This document shows, in pieces, positions 27,482 through 37,646 of a stretch of 64,000 bases of DNA (positions within the stretch are counted from its first letter, which is position 1; each line of letters opens with the position of its first letter). The DNA is taken from assembly GCA_040751795.1 (NCBI GenBank), contig JBFMHR010000004.1:64001-128000 (forward strand). Direction: 5' to 3'. The notes below the pieces were generated by a model. The model saw nothing but the letters and a program-made list of their open reading frames with translations. It searched no databases and had not been told where the DNA came from. The translations under genes and the position numbers were made by a program. The DNA comes from Thermoplasmatota archaeon. GTDB taxonomy: Archaea; Thermoplasmatota; Thermoplasmata; UBA10834.

Positions 27482-28698
27482 GACCTCTTCGCCGACTCCC
27501 TGAGCGCCTCGATCACGGGCATTGGCTTCCCGAGCATGAACCGCTCGAGGGCGCCCCCTCCGGTGCTGCAGTAAGAGAACCTGTCCTTCAGCCCGAGCTT
27601 GTTCGCGGCGGCGCTGGAGTGCCCTCCGCCTATGACCGAGAACGCCCCCGACTCGACTATGGCCTGGTAGACGTCCCTCGTCCCCCTGGAGAACTCCTCC
27701 CTCTCGAACACCCCCGGGGGCCCGGAGAGGAAGACGGTCTTGGACGAGCGGATGATCTCGGTGAACCTCCCGATGGTGTCCTCCCCGATGTCCATCACGG
27801 CCGCCCCCTTGGGCATGGAGCCGAGAGGGTACTCCCTCCTCGCCCCGCCCTCGTCGACAGCGCCGTCGGATGGCAGCACGATCTTGTCCTGGTGCTCGGA
27901 CCAGAGCCTCCGGGCTAGGTCTGCGGACTCGAGGCCCATGTCCTTCCTTATCATCTCCTCGGTGCCGGAGCCGACGCTCTTCCCGAGGCACCAGAGGTAG
28001 CCGTAGCCGGCCAGCCCTGCGACCAGTATGTGGTCCACGGAGTCCCTCTTGACGAGCGCCTCGATGGCCTGGAGGGCGTCGGAGAGCTTCTTCCCGCCGA
28101 AGATGTAGGTCGACGGGCGCTTGGGCGCCTGGAAGACGTCCGACAGGGTCCTGATCTCCTTCTCCAGCAGCCTCCCGGCCGCCGAGGGCAGCACCGCGGT
28201 GAACCCGACCAGGGATGCGTGCGACCTGTGGGACGAGGCGAATGCGTCGTTGACGAAGAGGTCGAACTTGGGGGCGAGCGACCTGACCATGTCCGACCTG
28301 GCGTGCTCCTCGGGGCTCCTGCTGGCCTGCTCCTCCCCGAAGTACCTCACGTTCTTCATGAGGACGCACTCCCCCTCGGCGAGGCCGTCGATGGCCTTCA
28401 GCGCGTGCCCCCCGAAGATGTCGTCCACGTAGCGGACCTTCCTGCCGAGGTACCTGCTGAGGAAGGCCGCGTGTTCGTTGAGCGGTATGAAGTCGTAGTC
28501 GCCGGGCCGGCCCTGGTGGGCGAGCACGACCAGCTTCCCGCCGCGGTCGACGATCTCCCTGATGGTGGGGACAGACGACAGTATCTTGGAGCCGTCCTCC
28601 AGGGCGAGGGTCCTCTCGTCCACCGGGGAGTTGATGTCCACCCTGAGGAGCACCCTCTTGCCGCGCAGGTCGAAATCGTCCAGTGTGTGGAACCCCAT
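27478..28698 (-). other. pgk: Phosphoglycerate kinase
   Basis: GKRVLLRVDINSP, LAHQGRPG, FVNDAFASSHR, GPPGVFE, IGGGH, STGGGA. Confidence 0.95.
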
Positions 28699-29033
28699 CC
28701 CGCTGCCCCCGTCCAAGCCTCTGCCCGAGTCTCTTCCCCCTTCTCCGCCCGCATGCGCCGGCCTGCGCCGGCGCGAGGACCCGTCGGAACCGTCCGTCAA
28801 GGCCGATGCCCCCGCGCACCGCGCCTGCCCGGCGCCAGGTGCGCGCCCTTACCGTTGTACCGGATTGGACGTTCGATATAAAGCATTGACGTCGCTATCA
28901 CTCCTGGGAAGGGGACAGAAAGTATTTTGTCAGAGCATCAGCATTGCTGAGGAAAGATGGGCGCGCACGAGGTTTTTGGCGATTTGGCCCGTCCACGGAT
29001 GTGTTTCGTTTGAAGGCGATTGCGGTAGACAAG

Positions 29034-30164
29034 ATGCTCGTGAAGGACATCATGAGCCCCCCGGCTCTGACGGCCAACAAGGGAGATACGGTCTCAGAGG
29101 TCATCTCGAAGATGAAGAAGAACAACGTCAGGGAGATACCCGTGGTCGAGGGGGGCAAGCCCCTGGGGCTCGTGAGCCACAGGGTCCTGATCGCCCGGAG
29201 GAACGTCCCACTCAGCGCCAAGGTCGAGCACGTGATGATCCCCGCGCCCAGGCTCGAGGAGGACATGAAGGTGCTCGAGGCCGCGGAGGAGATGCTCTCG
29301 TCCGGGGTCAGGGGCGCCCCCGTGGTCAGGAACCACAAGATGGTCGGGTTCGTGTCCAGGACGGACATAGTGAGGATGCTGCCGAAGGTGGACGAGCTCC
29401 GCTCGAAGAAGGTCTCCGAGATCATGAGCAGGAACCCCCACGCCGTGACCAAGGACGAGACCATCAGGAAGGCCCAGGTCATGATGACCGGCCTTGACGA
29501 GAAGGCGCTCCCGGTGGTCGACAAGGACGAGAGGCTCATCGGCGCGGTCGGTATGACGGAGGTCATGGACGTGATATGGTCGCCCAAGGCGTCGAAGCCC
29601 CCGAACGAGATCATGGGCAGCGGGAGGGACGCCGTCGACGTCAAGGTCGGGGGCATCATGAACGACTCCCCCACCTTCGTCCTGCCGGACGACACCCTGG
29701 AGAAGGCCGTCTCCGTGATGATGGACAAGAAGCTGTCCACCCTCTTCGTGACCTCCGAGGGCAGGCTCGTGGGGGTCGTCTCGCAGGTCGACCTCATCGA
29801 GCAGGCGATCGGCCTCCTCCCGAGGGAGGGCGTCTACGTCCAGATCACGGGCCTCGACGTCGGGGACCCAGAGGTCTACGACGTCCTCTACGAGCTCATA
29901 GGCAAGTCGATGAAGAGGATCGACAGGATCGTGCCCCCGAGGGTCTTCTCCATGCACGTGAGCACGTACCACCACGAGGGCCTGAAGAGCAAGTACAGCC
30001 TGGGGGCCCGGCTCACGACCTCGAAGAGCATGCACTACGTTAAGAGCGTCGACTGGGACCTGTACAAGGCCACCGACGCGCTCCTCGACATGCTCGAGGC
30101 CAACGTCAGGCGGGACCACGAGAAGCAGCTGGACCTGGTCAAGAAGAGGAAGCCGAACCTATAG
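29034..30164 (+). CDS. 4xCBS domain protein with C-terminal HPF/RaiA-like domain (candidate ribosome hibernation factor)
   Basis: Two CBS pairs, then VQITGL...KYSLGARL.....HYVKSVDWDLYKATDALLDMLEANVRRDHEK, resembling the HPF fold end (DMYAAID...KLERQLRK.K). Confidence 0.75.
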   Translation: MLVKDIMSPPALTANKGDTVSEVISKMKKNNVREIPVVEGGKPLGLVSHRVLIARRNVPLSAKVEHVMIPAPRLEEDMKVLEAAEEMLSSGVRGAPVVRNHKMVGFVSRTDIVRMLPKVDELRSKKVSEIMSRNPHAVTKDETIRKAQVMMTGLDEKALPVVDKDERLIGAVGMTEVMDVIWSPKASKPPNEIMGSGRDAVDVKVGGIMNDSPTFVLPDDTLEKAVSVMMDKKLSTLFVTSEGRLVGVVSQVDLIEQAIGLLPREGVYVQITGLDVGDPEVYDVLYELIGKSMKRIDRIVPPRVFSMHVSTYHHEGLKSKYSLGARLTTSKSMHYVKSVDWDLYKATDALLDMLEANVRRDHEKQLDLVKKRKPNL

Positions 30165-31175
30165 GTCCCAGTACTCCGACGCGTTCCTCATGCACCTCTC
30201 GACGGTGCCGCGCCCGAGGCAGCTGTTGTCCACCATGTCGGTGAACTCCAGGGGCACCTCGACCCCCTCCATCGCGCCGACTATGCCCGCGACCACCTCC
30301 GAGAGGGAGGGGATGTCGTACCCCCCCTCCAGCATGAAGGTCGTCCTCCCCCCGCACGCCCTCCTCCCGAACGAGAGCAGCTGCCTGGCCTGGCGCACGT
30401 GCCCGTCCGAGGAGAGGCTGAGCGACGCGAGCGGGTCCCTGTAGTGGTTGTCGACGCCCATGCTGACCAGGAGCGCGTCCGGCTTGAACTGCTCCAGTAT
30501 CGGCTCGACCACGCTCCCGTAGGCGAGGTCGAAGGTGGAGTCGCCGCAGCCGGAGGCCAGGGGCATGTTGAACGTGAACCCCTGGCCCTCCCCCTTCCCC
30601 ACGAAGTCGAGGCTCCCCGTGCCCGGGAAGATCCCCGTCTGGTGGGTGGAGATGTAGAGCACGGTGGGGTCGGCCGCGAAGACCTGCTCGGTCCCGTTGC
30701 CGTGGTGGACGTCCATGTCGACTATCGCTATCCGACGGTCGCCGCCCCTCTGGAGGTGCCTCGCCGCGATGGCTATGTTGTTGAAGTAGCAGAACCCCAT
30801 CCCGAAGTTCGGCCCCGAGTGGTGCCCCGGCGGACGGGTCAGGGCGAAGGTAGGCCTCCCGTGCTCCTTCGCGTGGGCGACCGCGTCTATGGCCGACTCC
30901 GCGGAGAGCGCCGCGATGCCGAAGGTCTCGTGGTGGACCCGCGTGTCGAGGGTGAGGTTGCACTCGCCGCAGGTCTCTATGAAGTCGATGTAGTCCTCCT
31001 CGTGGACGAGCCTGAGGTGCTCCTTGCTCCCGGCCCTCGAGGAGCGCACGTCCTTCCAGAGTCCGTGGGCCTTCAGCTTCTGGACTATGCCCCTCAGCCT
31101 CTCGGGCGACTCCGGGTGGAAGGGGTCCTGGACATGACCGTAGAACTCCTCGTTGAAGAATATGGCCACGTCCAT
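30159..31175 (-). CDS. Histone deacetylase family protein
   Basis: HPESPERL, RPPGHHS, MGFCYFNNIAIAA, DMDVHHGNGT, FPGTG, LEGGY. Confidence 0.94.
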   Translation of the reverse strand: MDVAIFFNEEFYGHVQDPFHPESPERLRGIVQKLKAHGLWKDVRSSRAGSKEHLRLVHEEDYIDFIETCGECNLTLDTRVHHETFGIAALSAESAIDAVAHAKEHGRPTFALTRPPGHHSGPNFGMGFCYFNNIAIAARHLQRGGDRRIAIVDMDVHHGNGTEQVFAADPTVLYISTHQTGIFPGTGSLDFVGKGEGQGFTFNMPLASGCGDSTFDLAYGSVVEPILEQFKPDALLVSMGVDNHYRDPLASLSLSSDGHVRQARQLLSFGRRACGGRTTFMLEGGYDIPSLSEVVAGIVGAMEGVEVPLEFTDMVDNSCLGRGTVERCMRNASEYWDL

Positions 31176-31260
31176 CCCTTAACCTGGTGTCCGTAGATAA
31201 GATTTGTTCCAGACCGCGCGGGCCGGGCCGAAAGTAACATAACGCTCGAGACCCGGTTCA

Positions 31261-31659
31261 GTGGCAGGTGTCCCCTTGAGCATCGAGCAGCTGATCCTGC
31301 TACTGGTGGCCGTCCTCCTCGTCGCCCTGATATTCTTCGCCAGCTCGGCCCTGGTGGCGAGCGACTGGTCCATCGACGGGCCGTTCGTGCTCCGCCTGCT
31401 CCTAGTGTCCCTCATCGCCGTGCTGGTGATACCATTCGTGAGCGGCGTCGCGCACGACCTCGGGATCGACGAGCTCGGCCTCCTCTTCGGCTTCGTGATA
31501 CTCATATTCGTGGTGAGGTACGTGCTGGTGGAGGAGCTCCCGGTCGCGGACGACTGGCTGGCCTCGATAGTGATAACCCTCCTCGGCGTGGTGCTCATCT
31601 TCGCGGTGCAGGAGCTGGCCGACAGGTTCTTCGACACCCGGATGCTGACGGTGTTCTAG
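31261..31659 (+). CDS. Small multi-pass membrane protein (hypothetical)
   Basis: Four hydrophobic segments, GC3-biased codons, fills the gap between neighbouring genes. Confidence 0.7.
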   Translation: MAGVPLSIEQLILLLVAVLLVALIFFASSALVASDWSIDGPFVLRLLLVSLIAVLVIPFVSGVAHDLGIDELGLLFGFVILIFVVRYVLVEELPVADDWLASIVITLLGVVLIFAVQELADRFFDTRMLTVF

Positions 31660-32741
31660 ATCTCCCTGAACTCCTTCGAGCACGGGGTGAGGGTCTGGCA
31701 GCCCTTCCTGGTCACCAGGACGTCGTCCTCGATCCGGACCCCGCCGAACCCGGCTATGTACGCCCCCGGCTCGACGGTGAGGACCATGCCCTCCCGGAGG
31801 GTCATGTCCCTCGCGGGCGATATCCCGCCCGGGTCGTGGACCGACACGCCTATCCCGTGGCCGGTGCTGTGGATGAACCTGCCGCGGAACCTGCTGCCGT
31901 CGATGATCCTCCTTGCCGCGCCGTCCACGTCCTTCCCCTGGACGCCGTCGCGGATCGCGTCTATCGCGGCCATCTGCGCCCTCAGGACGACGTCGTACAT
32001 CTCCCTCTGGCGCGCGTTCGCCCTGCCGCAGGTGAAGGTCCTCGTGATGTCCGAGACGTACCTCCTGTAGCTGGCCCCGAAGTCGAAGAGTGCGAACTGC
32101 CCCCTCTTGAGCCTCTTCGCCGCAGGCTGGTAGTGCGGCTCGGCGCTCATCGCCCCGAAGGACGCGTTGGTGACGAAGGCTGGCCCGGTGGCCCCCAGTC
32201 TCATCATCTTGTAGTTGAGCTCCGCCGCGGCCTCGGTCTCGGTCATGCCCTCGGACACCAGCTCCGGGATGGCCTCCCCGGCCTCGGACGCGATCCTGCA
32301 GGCCTTCCTTATGGTGGCGATCTCGTCCGGCTGCTTCACCACCCTGGCGTCCTCCAGGTCGGCCGAGACGTCGACGAGCTTCGCCCTCCCCGCGGCCTTC
32401 TTGACCTTGAGGTAGTTCGAGTGGGTGATCTCGCGCGAGTTGACCCCGACCCTCCGCATCCCCTTGAGCCTGCGCTCCATGAGCTTGTGCCTGTGCTCCG
32501 AGCTGTTGAAGACCGCAGTGCGGGCGCCGGCCTGCCTGGCGCTAAGCTCCTCGAGCTCCGAGCTGAGCACCTCCGTCCTCCTGGGCTGGATGATGGCGAC
32601 GCACCCCTCGAACAGGCCGTTCGGGATACCGGTCGCGTAGAAGAAGCTGTTGTCCAGGTTCGGGTCAGTGCCGTTCATGAGCACGACGGCGTCCACGTCC
32701 GACTTCATGGACGCGAATATGTGTCTCTCCTTGGTGGCCAC
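31656..32741 (-). CDS. pepQ: Xaa-Pro aminopeptidase/prolidase (M24B)
   Basis: EPHY, DFGA..Y.SDITRT, FIHSTGHGIG..VHD, TVEPG.Y..GFGGVRIEDD. Confidence 0.92.
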   Translation of the reverse strand: MATKERHIFASMKSDVDAVVLMNGTDPNLDNSFFYATGIPNGLFEGCVAIIQPRRTEVLSSELEELSARQAGARTAVFNSSEHRHKLMERRLKGMRRVGVNSREITHSNYLKVKKAAGRAKLVDVSADLEDARVVKQPDEIATIRKACRIASEAGEAIPELVSEGMTETEAAAELNYKMMRLGATGPAFVTNASFGAMSAEPHYQPAAKRLKRGQFALFDFGASYRRYVSDITRTFTCGRANARQREMYDVVLRAQMAAIDAIRDGVQGKDVDGAARRIIDGSRFRGRFIHSTGHGIGVSVHDPGGISPARDMTLREGMVLTVEPGAYIAGFGGVRIEDDVLVTRKGCQTLTPCSKEFREI

Positions 32742-32790
32742 ATGATCACTGGCCGCGAATGCGTCTCGGCGTATAAAGAGGTTGACCGGT

Positions 32791-33597
32791 TCAGACGCCG
32801 ACCCATATGTGGCCCGTGATCTTCCTTATCGCCGATATCGCGGACAGTGCGGCCAGGTAGCTCGTCTTCGGGTTCCTCGGGGAGGGGACGTTCCTGGTCA
32901 CGACGTCCAGCTCGCCGAACCTCCCCTTGGCCTTGAGGTTGTGCTCGTTCGTCTTGACCTGGGGGTCGCACACTATCCTTATCATCGTCTTCTCGAAGCC
33001 TATCCCCGCCAGGGATATGGTCGCGGCGACGTTGATGTTCTGCGGGAAGTGCTTGACCGCCTCCCTGGCGGTGCCGTAGAACATCTCGGTCCTGACCCTG
33101 ATGTCGGAGGCCACGATGCCCTTCGACTCGAGGTACGGGCTGGGCCCGAACGCCGACGGGGGCTTGGTGGTGGTCAGCGTCACCTCGTCCATCCCCTCGA
33201 TGCTGGCCGCGGAGAGGGCGTCCACGCCGCCTATCGCCCCGCTCGGCAGGTAGACCCTGGCGCCCTTCCTCTTCGCCAGCCTGAATGCGTCGCTCTGGAA
33301 CTTCTCGTCCTGGAACACGCCCACGCTCATTATGAGGGTGTCGACGCCCGCCGAGAGGGCCAGGGGCGCGTAGTACCTGGCGGCGTCCTGGCTGGCGGCC
33401 TCGACGACGAGCCTTATCTCGGGGAGCACGGGCACGATGTCGGGGACGTACCGGACCTTCTTCGTCTTCTCCTGGAGCCTCGTGGCGCACTCCTGGGACC
33501 GGTCCGTGAGGTAGGTCGTGTCTATGTCCGGCATGTCCTCGACCGCGCGGGCTATCGTCGTGCCTATCGCCCCGCAGCCGATGACGCAGATCTTCAC
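32791..33597 (-). CDS. nadX: L-aspartate dehydrogenase
   Basis: GCGAIG, VEAASQ, MSVG, PSGAIGG.D, FPQNINVAA, NPKTSYLAALS. Confidence 0.93.
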   Translation of the reverse strand: MKICVIGCGAIGTTIARAVEDMPDIDTTYLTDRSQECATRLQEKTKKVRYVPDIVPVLPEIRLVVEAASQDAARYYAPLALSAGVDTLIMSVGVFQDEKFQSDAFRLAKRKGARVYLPSGAIGGVDALSAASIEGMDEVTLTTTKPPSAFGPSPYLESKGIVASDIRVRTEMFYGTAREAVKHFPQNINVAATISLAGIGFEKTMIRIVCDPQVKTNEHNLKAKGRFGELDVVTRNVPSPRNPKTSYLAALSAISAIRKITGHIWVGV

Positions 33598-33726
33598 GCC
33601 TGGGCCACAGACGCCTACGATATAAAAGCTTTCACGACCGTCAGGTGAACGCGTGGCGGAGCGGGGCGGACCGGGCCTGATTCCACCATCATGTTTTATA
33701 GCGTCCGAAGTGCTGACACAGGCAGG

Positions 33727-35124
33727 ATGAGCGAACTACTGGCCCCTCTCCTCAAGGGCGTCCGTTCCAGCGCAGCCCTCGGCCTCGACTACATCGAGCT
33801 GAGGGCCGACGACGTCGCACAGACGTCGGTCGAGCTCCGCGAGTCCTCGGTCGAGAGCGTCACGCGGAAGCTGGAGCGCGGCCATTCCGCGAGGGTCCTG
33901 AGGGCGGGGAGGTGGGGGTTCGCATCCTCCGACGGCATGAAGGACGTCGCCTCGACGGTCGCCGAGGCGTCGAAGGCGGCAGCTACCCTGGCCAAGGGCG
34001 GCCCCGCGGACACGAGCCTCTGCGAGGTCAAGCCGGTCAAGCGGGAGGTGCGGCCTCCCGCGAAGGTCCCTCTCGCCGAGGTGGGGCTGGACGAGAAGGT
34101 CTCGCACCTCACCTCCATCTGCAGGGCCGTGGTGGCGGCCGACGCGCGCATGACGGGCGCGAAGGCGAGCTACTCCGACGTCACCGGGGAGAGGGTCCTG
34201 GTCACGAGCGAGGGCACCGAGGTCGTCCACCACATCTCGCACGCGTACCTGATGGCCCACGCCTCGGGCAACGCCTCGAACAGGATGGTGTCCGTGAGGG
34301 ACGAGATGGGCACGGTCTCCGCAGGGTGGGAGCACTTCACGCGGGCCGAGCCCGCCGAGGCAGTGGCGGAGCGCCTCGTGAGGAAGGCGCGGCTGCAGAT
34401 GGACGGCGTCCCGTGCAAGAGGGGCACGCACCCATGCGTCATATCGCCCAGGGTGGCGGGGATGCTGGCCCACGAGGCCCTCGGGCACCTCTCCGAGGCG
34501 GACCTCTTCGCGGCCGGCGCCTTCAACGACTTCGTCGGGAGGCGGGTCGCGCCCCGATCGGTCACCATGGTCGACTCACCCATGATGGAAGACGGGTTCG
34601 GGAACGTGGCCGTGGACGACGAGGGGGTCGTCCCGAAGCCGGTCACCCTGATCGACGAGGGGATGCTCGGCTCCCAGATGACCAACCGGGAATGGTCGGC
34701 GCGCCTGGGCGTCCCCCCGACGGGGAACGCGCGCGCCGAGAACTACAGGGTCCCGCCCATCATCCGCATGAGGAACACCTACTTCGAGCGCGGCGACATG
34801 ACCCTCGAGGAGCTGCTGGAGGGGATCGGCTCGGGATACTACTGCGTGGACGTCCGGGGCGGCCAGGCCGAGTCCAACTCGAGCTTCCAGGTCAGCATCC
34901 AGGAGTGCTACGAGGTCGTGAGGGGCGAGCTCGGGAGGCCGGTCAGGAGCCTGGCCATCAGCGGCCTCGCCACCAAGGCCCTCGGCATGATCGACGGGCT
35001 CGGGAAGGACTTCGGGTCCGAGTCCAGCTACTGCGGCAAGCTCATGCAGTCGATGCCGACCAGCGACGGGGGCCCCCACATCAGCATCAGGAGGGGCGGC
35101 GTCGTCTTCGGAGGTGCCGATTGA
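33727..35124 (+). CDS. tldD: TldD family metalloprotease
   Basis: AHEALGHLSEAD, DDEGV, TGNARA..Y..PPIIRMRNTY, CGK..Q..P.SDGGP. Confidence 0.9.
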   Translation: MSELLAPLLKGVRSSAALGLDYIELRADDVAQTSVELRESSVESVTRKLERGHSARVLRAGRWGFASSDGMKDVASTVAEASKAAATLAKGGPADTSLCEVKPVKREVRPPAKVPLAEVGLDEKVSHLTSICRAVVAADARMTGAKASYSDVTGERVLVTSEGTEVVHHISHAYLMAHASGNASNRMVSVRDEMGTVSAGWEHFTRAEPAEAVAERLVRKARLQMDGVPCKRGTHPCVISPRVAGMLAHEALGHLSEADLFAAGAFNDFVGRRVAPRSVTMVDSPMMEDGFGNVAVDDEGVVPKPVTLIDEGMLGSQMTNREWSARLGVPPTGNARAENYRVPPIIRMRNTYFERGDMTLEELLEGIGSGYYCVDVRGGQAESNSSFQVSIQECYEVVRGELGRPVRSLAISGLATKALGMIDGLGKDFGSESSYCGKLMQSMPTSDGGPHISIRRGGVVFGGAD

Positions 35125-36506
35125 TGCCCGCCGGGAAGCGCGACCTCCCGTCGGTGACGGACGCCCTCGAGAGGGTGGCCGCGACGGCGAAGAGGATGCG
35201 GCTGGCCGAGTTCGACGCCTTCGCCGTGTCGAAGGCCTCCAGGAGCGTCACCATAGAGAGGGGAGGCGTCTCCGGGGCGGACTCCAGGACCGCGACGGCC
35301 CTCCACGTCCGGGTATGCATCGACGGCATGGTCGGCGGCGCCTTCTGCAACAGCTTCGAGGGGGGCGATGTGTCGAGGTGCTTGGCGGAGGCGGCGGGGA
35401 TCGCGAGGCTGATGGCGCCGGACCGGAGATGGAGCGGCTTCCCTGCCGGCCCGGACAGCTACAGGTCCGTGCCTGGCCTCTGCGACAGGTCCGTGGCCTC
35501 CACGGACGTCGCCACCCTGGGGATCATGGCCGAGGAGATGATCGACGGCGCGATGTCCGTGTCTAAGAAGGTCGCCGTGCCGTACGGCGCGGTCGAGGCC
35601 ATCGAGAGGTCCGTCGGGGTCGCCAACTCATCTGGCGTGGACGTCGTCATGAAGGAGACCCAGCTCCAGGCGGTGATATGCTGCGTCGCAGGGTCCGGCG
35701 TGTCCATATCCCCGGACTGCGAGGAGTCGGGGATGTCGCGCGGGTGCGACCTCCGGACGGACAGGATCGGGGAGCGGGCCGGATGGATCGCTGACAGGAG
35801 CACGCACCTGGTCAAGGCGTCGACCGAGGAGTGCGAGGTCGTCTTCTCCCCGATGTCCCTGGGAGCCTCAGACAGCGGCCTCCTCACGGTCGCCCTCAAC
35901 AAGGCCTTCTCGGGCCAGAGCGTCATGCAGAGGACCTCGTTCCTCATGGACAGGGTGGGCGAGCAGGTGTGGTCCGACAGGGTCACCATGAGCGACAACC
36001 CCCTCCTGTCTGGCAGGTGCGGGTCGAGGCCGTTCGACGACGAGGGCCTGCCGACCTCCAAGACGCAGATGGTCAGGAAGGGCGTGCTCAGGGAGTTCCT
36101 CTGGGACAACTACTTCGGCTCGCTCTCGGGCGAGGGCTCGACCGGCAACGCCGTCAGGGACCTGGCCTCAGGGTCGGTCGGAGTCGCGCCGCTCTGCCTC
36201 CAGCTGACGCCTGGACGAGGCAACATGCACTCCCTCATCGAGGAGGTCGGCCACGGCTACCTGGTCTGGGGTGGCCAGGGGTCCCACACCAGCAACCCCG
36301 AGACAGGGGAGTTCTCGTTCGTCGCGAGCCCGGGCCTCCTCATCGAGGACGGGGAGGTCGTCGGCGGCGTGCGCGGGGCCATGATCTCCGGCAACATATC
36401 CGCCTTCATGCAGAACGTCGAGTTGGTCGGCGGGGACGTGGTGGATTTCGGGAACTCGCTTATGCCGAGCGTCCTGTTCAGGGACGTCAAGGTGACCACG
36501 GGCTGA
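35124..36506 (+). CDS. pmbA: TldE/PmbA family protein
   Basis: C-terminal part of ORF 33912..36506, ATG overlapping the tldD stop; SRPFDDEG.P, STGNA, TGEFS, MISGN; lacks HExxH. Confidence 0.88.
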   Translation: MPAGKRDLPSVTDALERVAATAKRMRLAEFDAFAVSKASRSVTIERGGVSGADSRTATALHVRVCIDGMVGGAFCNSFEGGDVSRCLAEAAGIARLMAPDRRWSGFPAGPDSYRSVPGLCDRSVASTDVATLGIMAEEMIDGAMSVSKKVAVPYGAVEAIERSVGVANSSGVDVVMKETQLQAVICCVAGSGVSISPDCEESGMSRGCDLRTDRIGERAGWIADRSTHLVKASTEECEVVFSPMSLGASDSGLLTVALNKAFSGQSVMQRTSFLMDRVGEQVWSDRVTMSDNPLLSGRCGSRPFDDEGLPTSKTQMVRKGVLREFLWDNYFGSLSGEGSTGNAVRDLASGSVGVAPLCLQLTPGRGNMHSLIEEVGHGYLVWGGQGSHTSNPETGEFSFVASPGLLIEDGEVVGGVRGAMISGNISAFMQNVELVGGDVVDFGNSLMPSVLFRDVKVTTG

Positions 36507-37204
36507 TGACGATGCCGCGGGACATTCCCAGGGCGGCGGCGAGGAGGAAGGCCGCCAGGATCGACAGGGCGCTCACCGAGGAGTACGGCGAGAAGTCGGC
36601 CGGCTCGGACGAGGATCCCGTCGACACGCTCGTCGAGACCATTCTCTCGCAGAACACCACGGACATCAACTCCCACAGGTCCTTCCTGGCGCTGAAGAAG
36701 GCGTACCGGGACTGGCACGACATGCTCGGCGAGGACCAGGCGATCGTATCGGGGATCATCCGCTCCGGGGGCCTGCCCGACATCAAGGCCAGGAGGATAC
36801 TCGACGCGCTGGAGTTCATCCACCGCGAGCGCGGGAGGATCGAGCTGGACTTCCTGAGGGACATGCCCCCGGCGGAGGCCGACCGGTGGCTGGCGCAGAT
36901 GAAGGGCGTCGGCCCGAAGACCCGCTCGATAGTCCTGCTCTTCTCCCTGGGGATGGCCGCGTTCCCGGTGGACACCCACATCCACAGGGTGACCCGGCGC
37001 CTCGGGCTGATCGGCCCCAAGGTCACAAGGGAGCAGGCCCAGGCGGTGCTCGGGGCCATCGTCCCGGAGAGCGAGTACTACAACTTCCACATCAACCTCA
37101 TAGAGCACGGAAGGGCCGTGTGCCGGGCCCGCAGGCCAGCTTGCGAGGCGTGCTTGGTCGCAGGCATGTGCGACCACTTCTCCGCCGCGAAGGCACAGCC
37201 TTGA
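36506..37204 (+). CDS. nth: Endonuclease III-like HhH-GPD DNA glycosylase
   Basis: ILSQNTTD, GVGPKT, FPVDTHIHRV, GRAVCRARRPACEACLVAGMC 4Fe-4S motif. Confidence 0.9.
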   Translation: MTMPRDIPRAAARRKAARIDRALTEEYGEKSAGSDEDPVDTLVETILSQNTTDINSHRSFLALKKAYRDWHDMLGEDQAIVSGIIRSGGLPDIKARRILDALEFIHRERGRIELDFLRDMPPAEADRWLAQMKGVGPKTRSIVLLFSLGMAAFPVDTHIHRVTRRLGLIGPKVTREQAQAVLGAIVPESEYYNFHINLIEHGRAVCRARRPACEACLVAGMCDHFSAAKAQP

Positions 37205-37232
37205 TATAGGCTCGAACCGCCTCCCTTGGCTC

Positions 37233-37637
37233 ATGAGGTACAGGCTGCTGGAGCACACGGCCGACGCGATGGTCGAGGCCCACGGCGAGAGCCTCGGCGA
37301 GAGGTTCGCCAACGCGGCCTACGCGATGTTCGACCAGATGACCGACGCCTCCAGGATCTCCCCGACGGGCGAGGTCAGGGTCGAGCTCAAGGCGGAGGCG
37401 CGCGAGCAGCTGCTGGTCGACTTCCTCCAGGAGCTCCTGTTCCTCCACGACACCGAGAACCTCGTGTTCGGCGAGTTCGACGTCGAGACCGACGGCACCA
37501 GCCTCACGGCCCGCGCCCGAGGGGAGGCGTTCGACGGGTCGAGGCACCCGAAGAGGTCCGTGGTGAAGGGAGTGACGTACCACGGGCTTTCCTTCGACGA
37601 CGCGAGGAAGACCATCACAGTGCTGTTCGATGTCTGA
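37233..37637 (+). CDS. Archease
   Basis: Y..LEHTAD, F.NAA.AMF, VKGVTYH, VLFDV C-terminus. Confidence 0.93.
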   Translation: MRYRLLEHTADAMVEAHGESLGERFANAAYAMFDQMTDASRISPTGEVRVELKAEAREQLLVDFLQELLFLHDTENLVFGEFDVETDGTSLTARARGEAFDGSRHPKRSVVKGVTYHGLSFDDARKTITVLFDV

Positions 37638-37646
37638 GGCGCGCAG

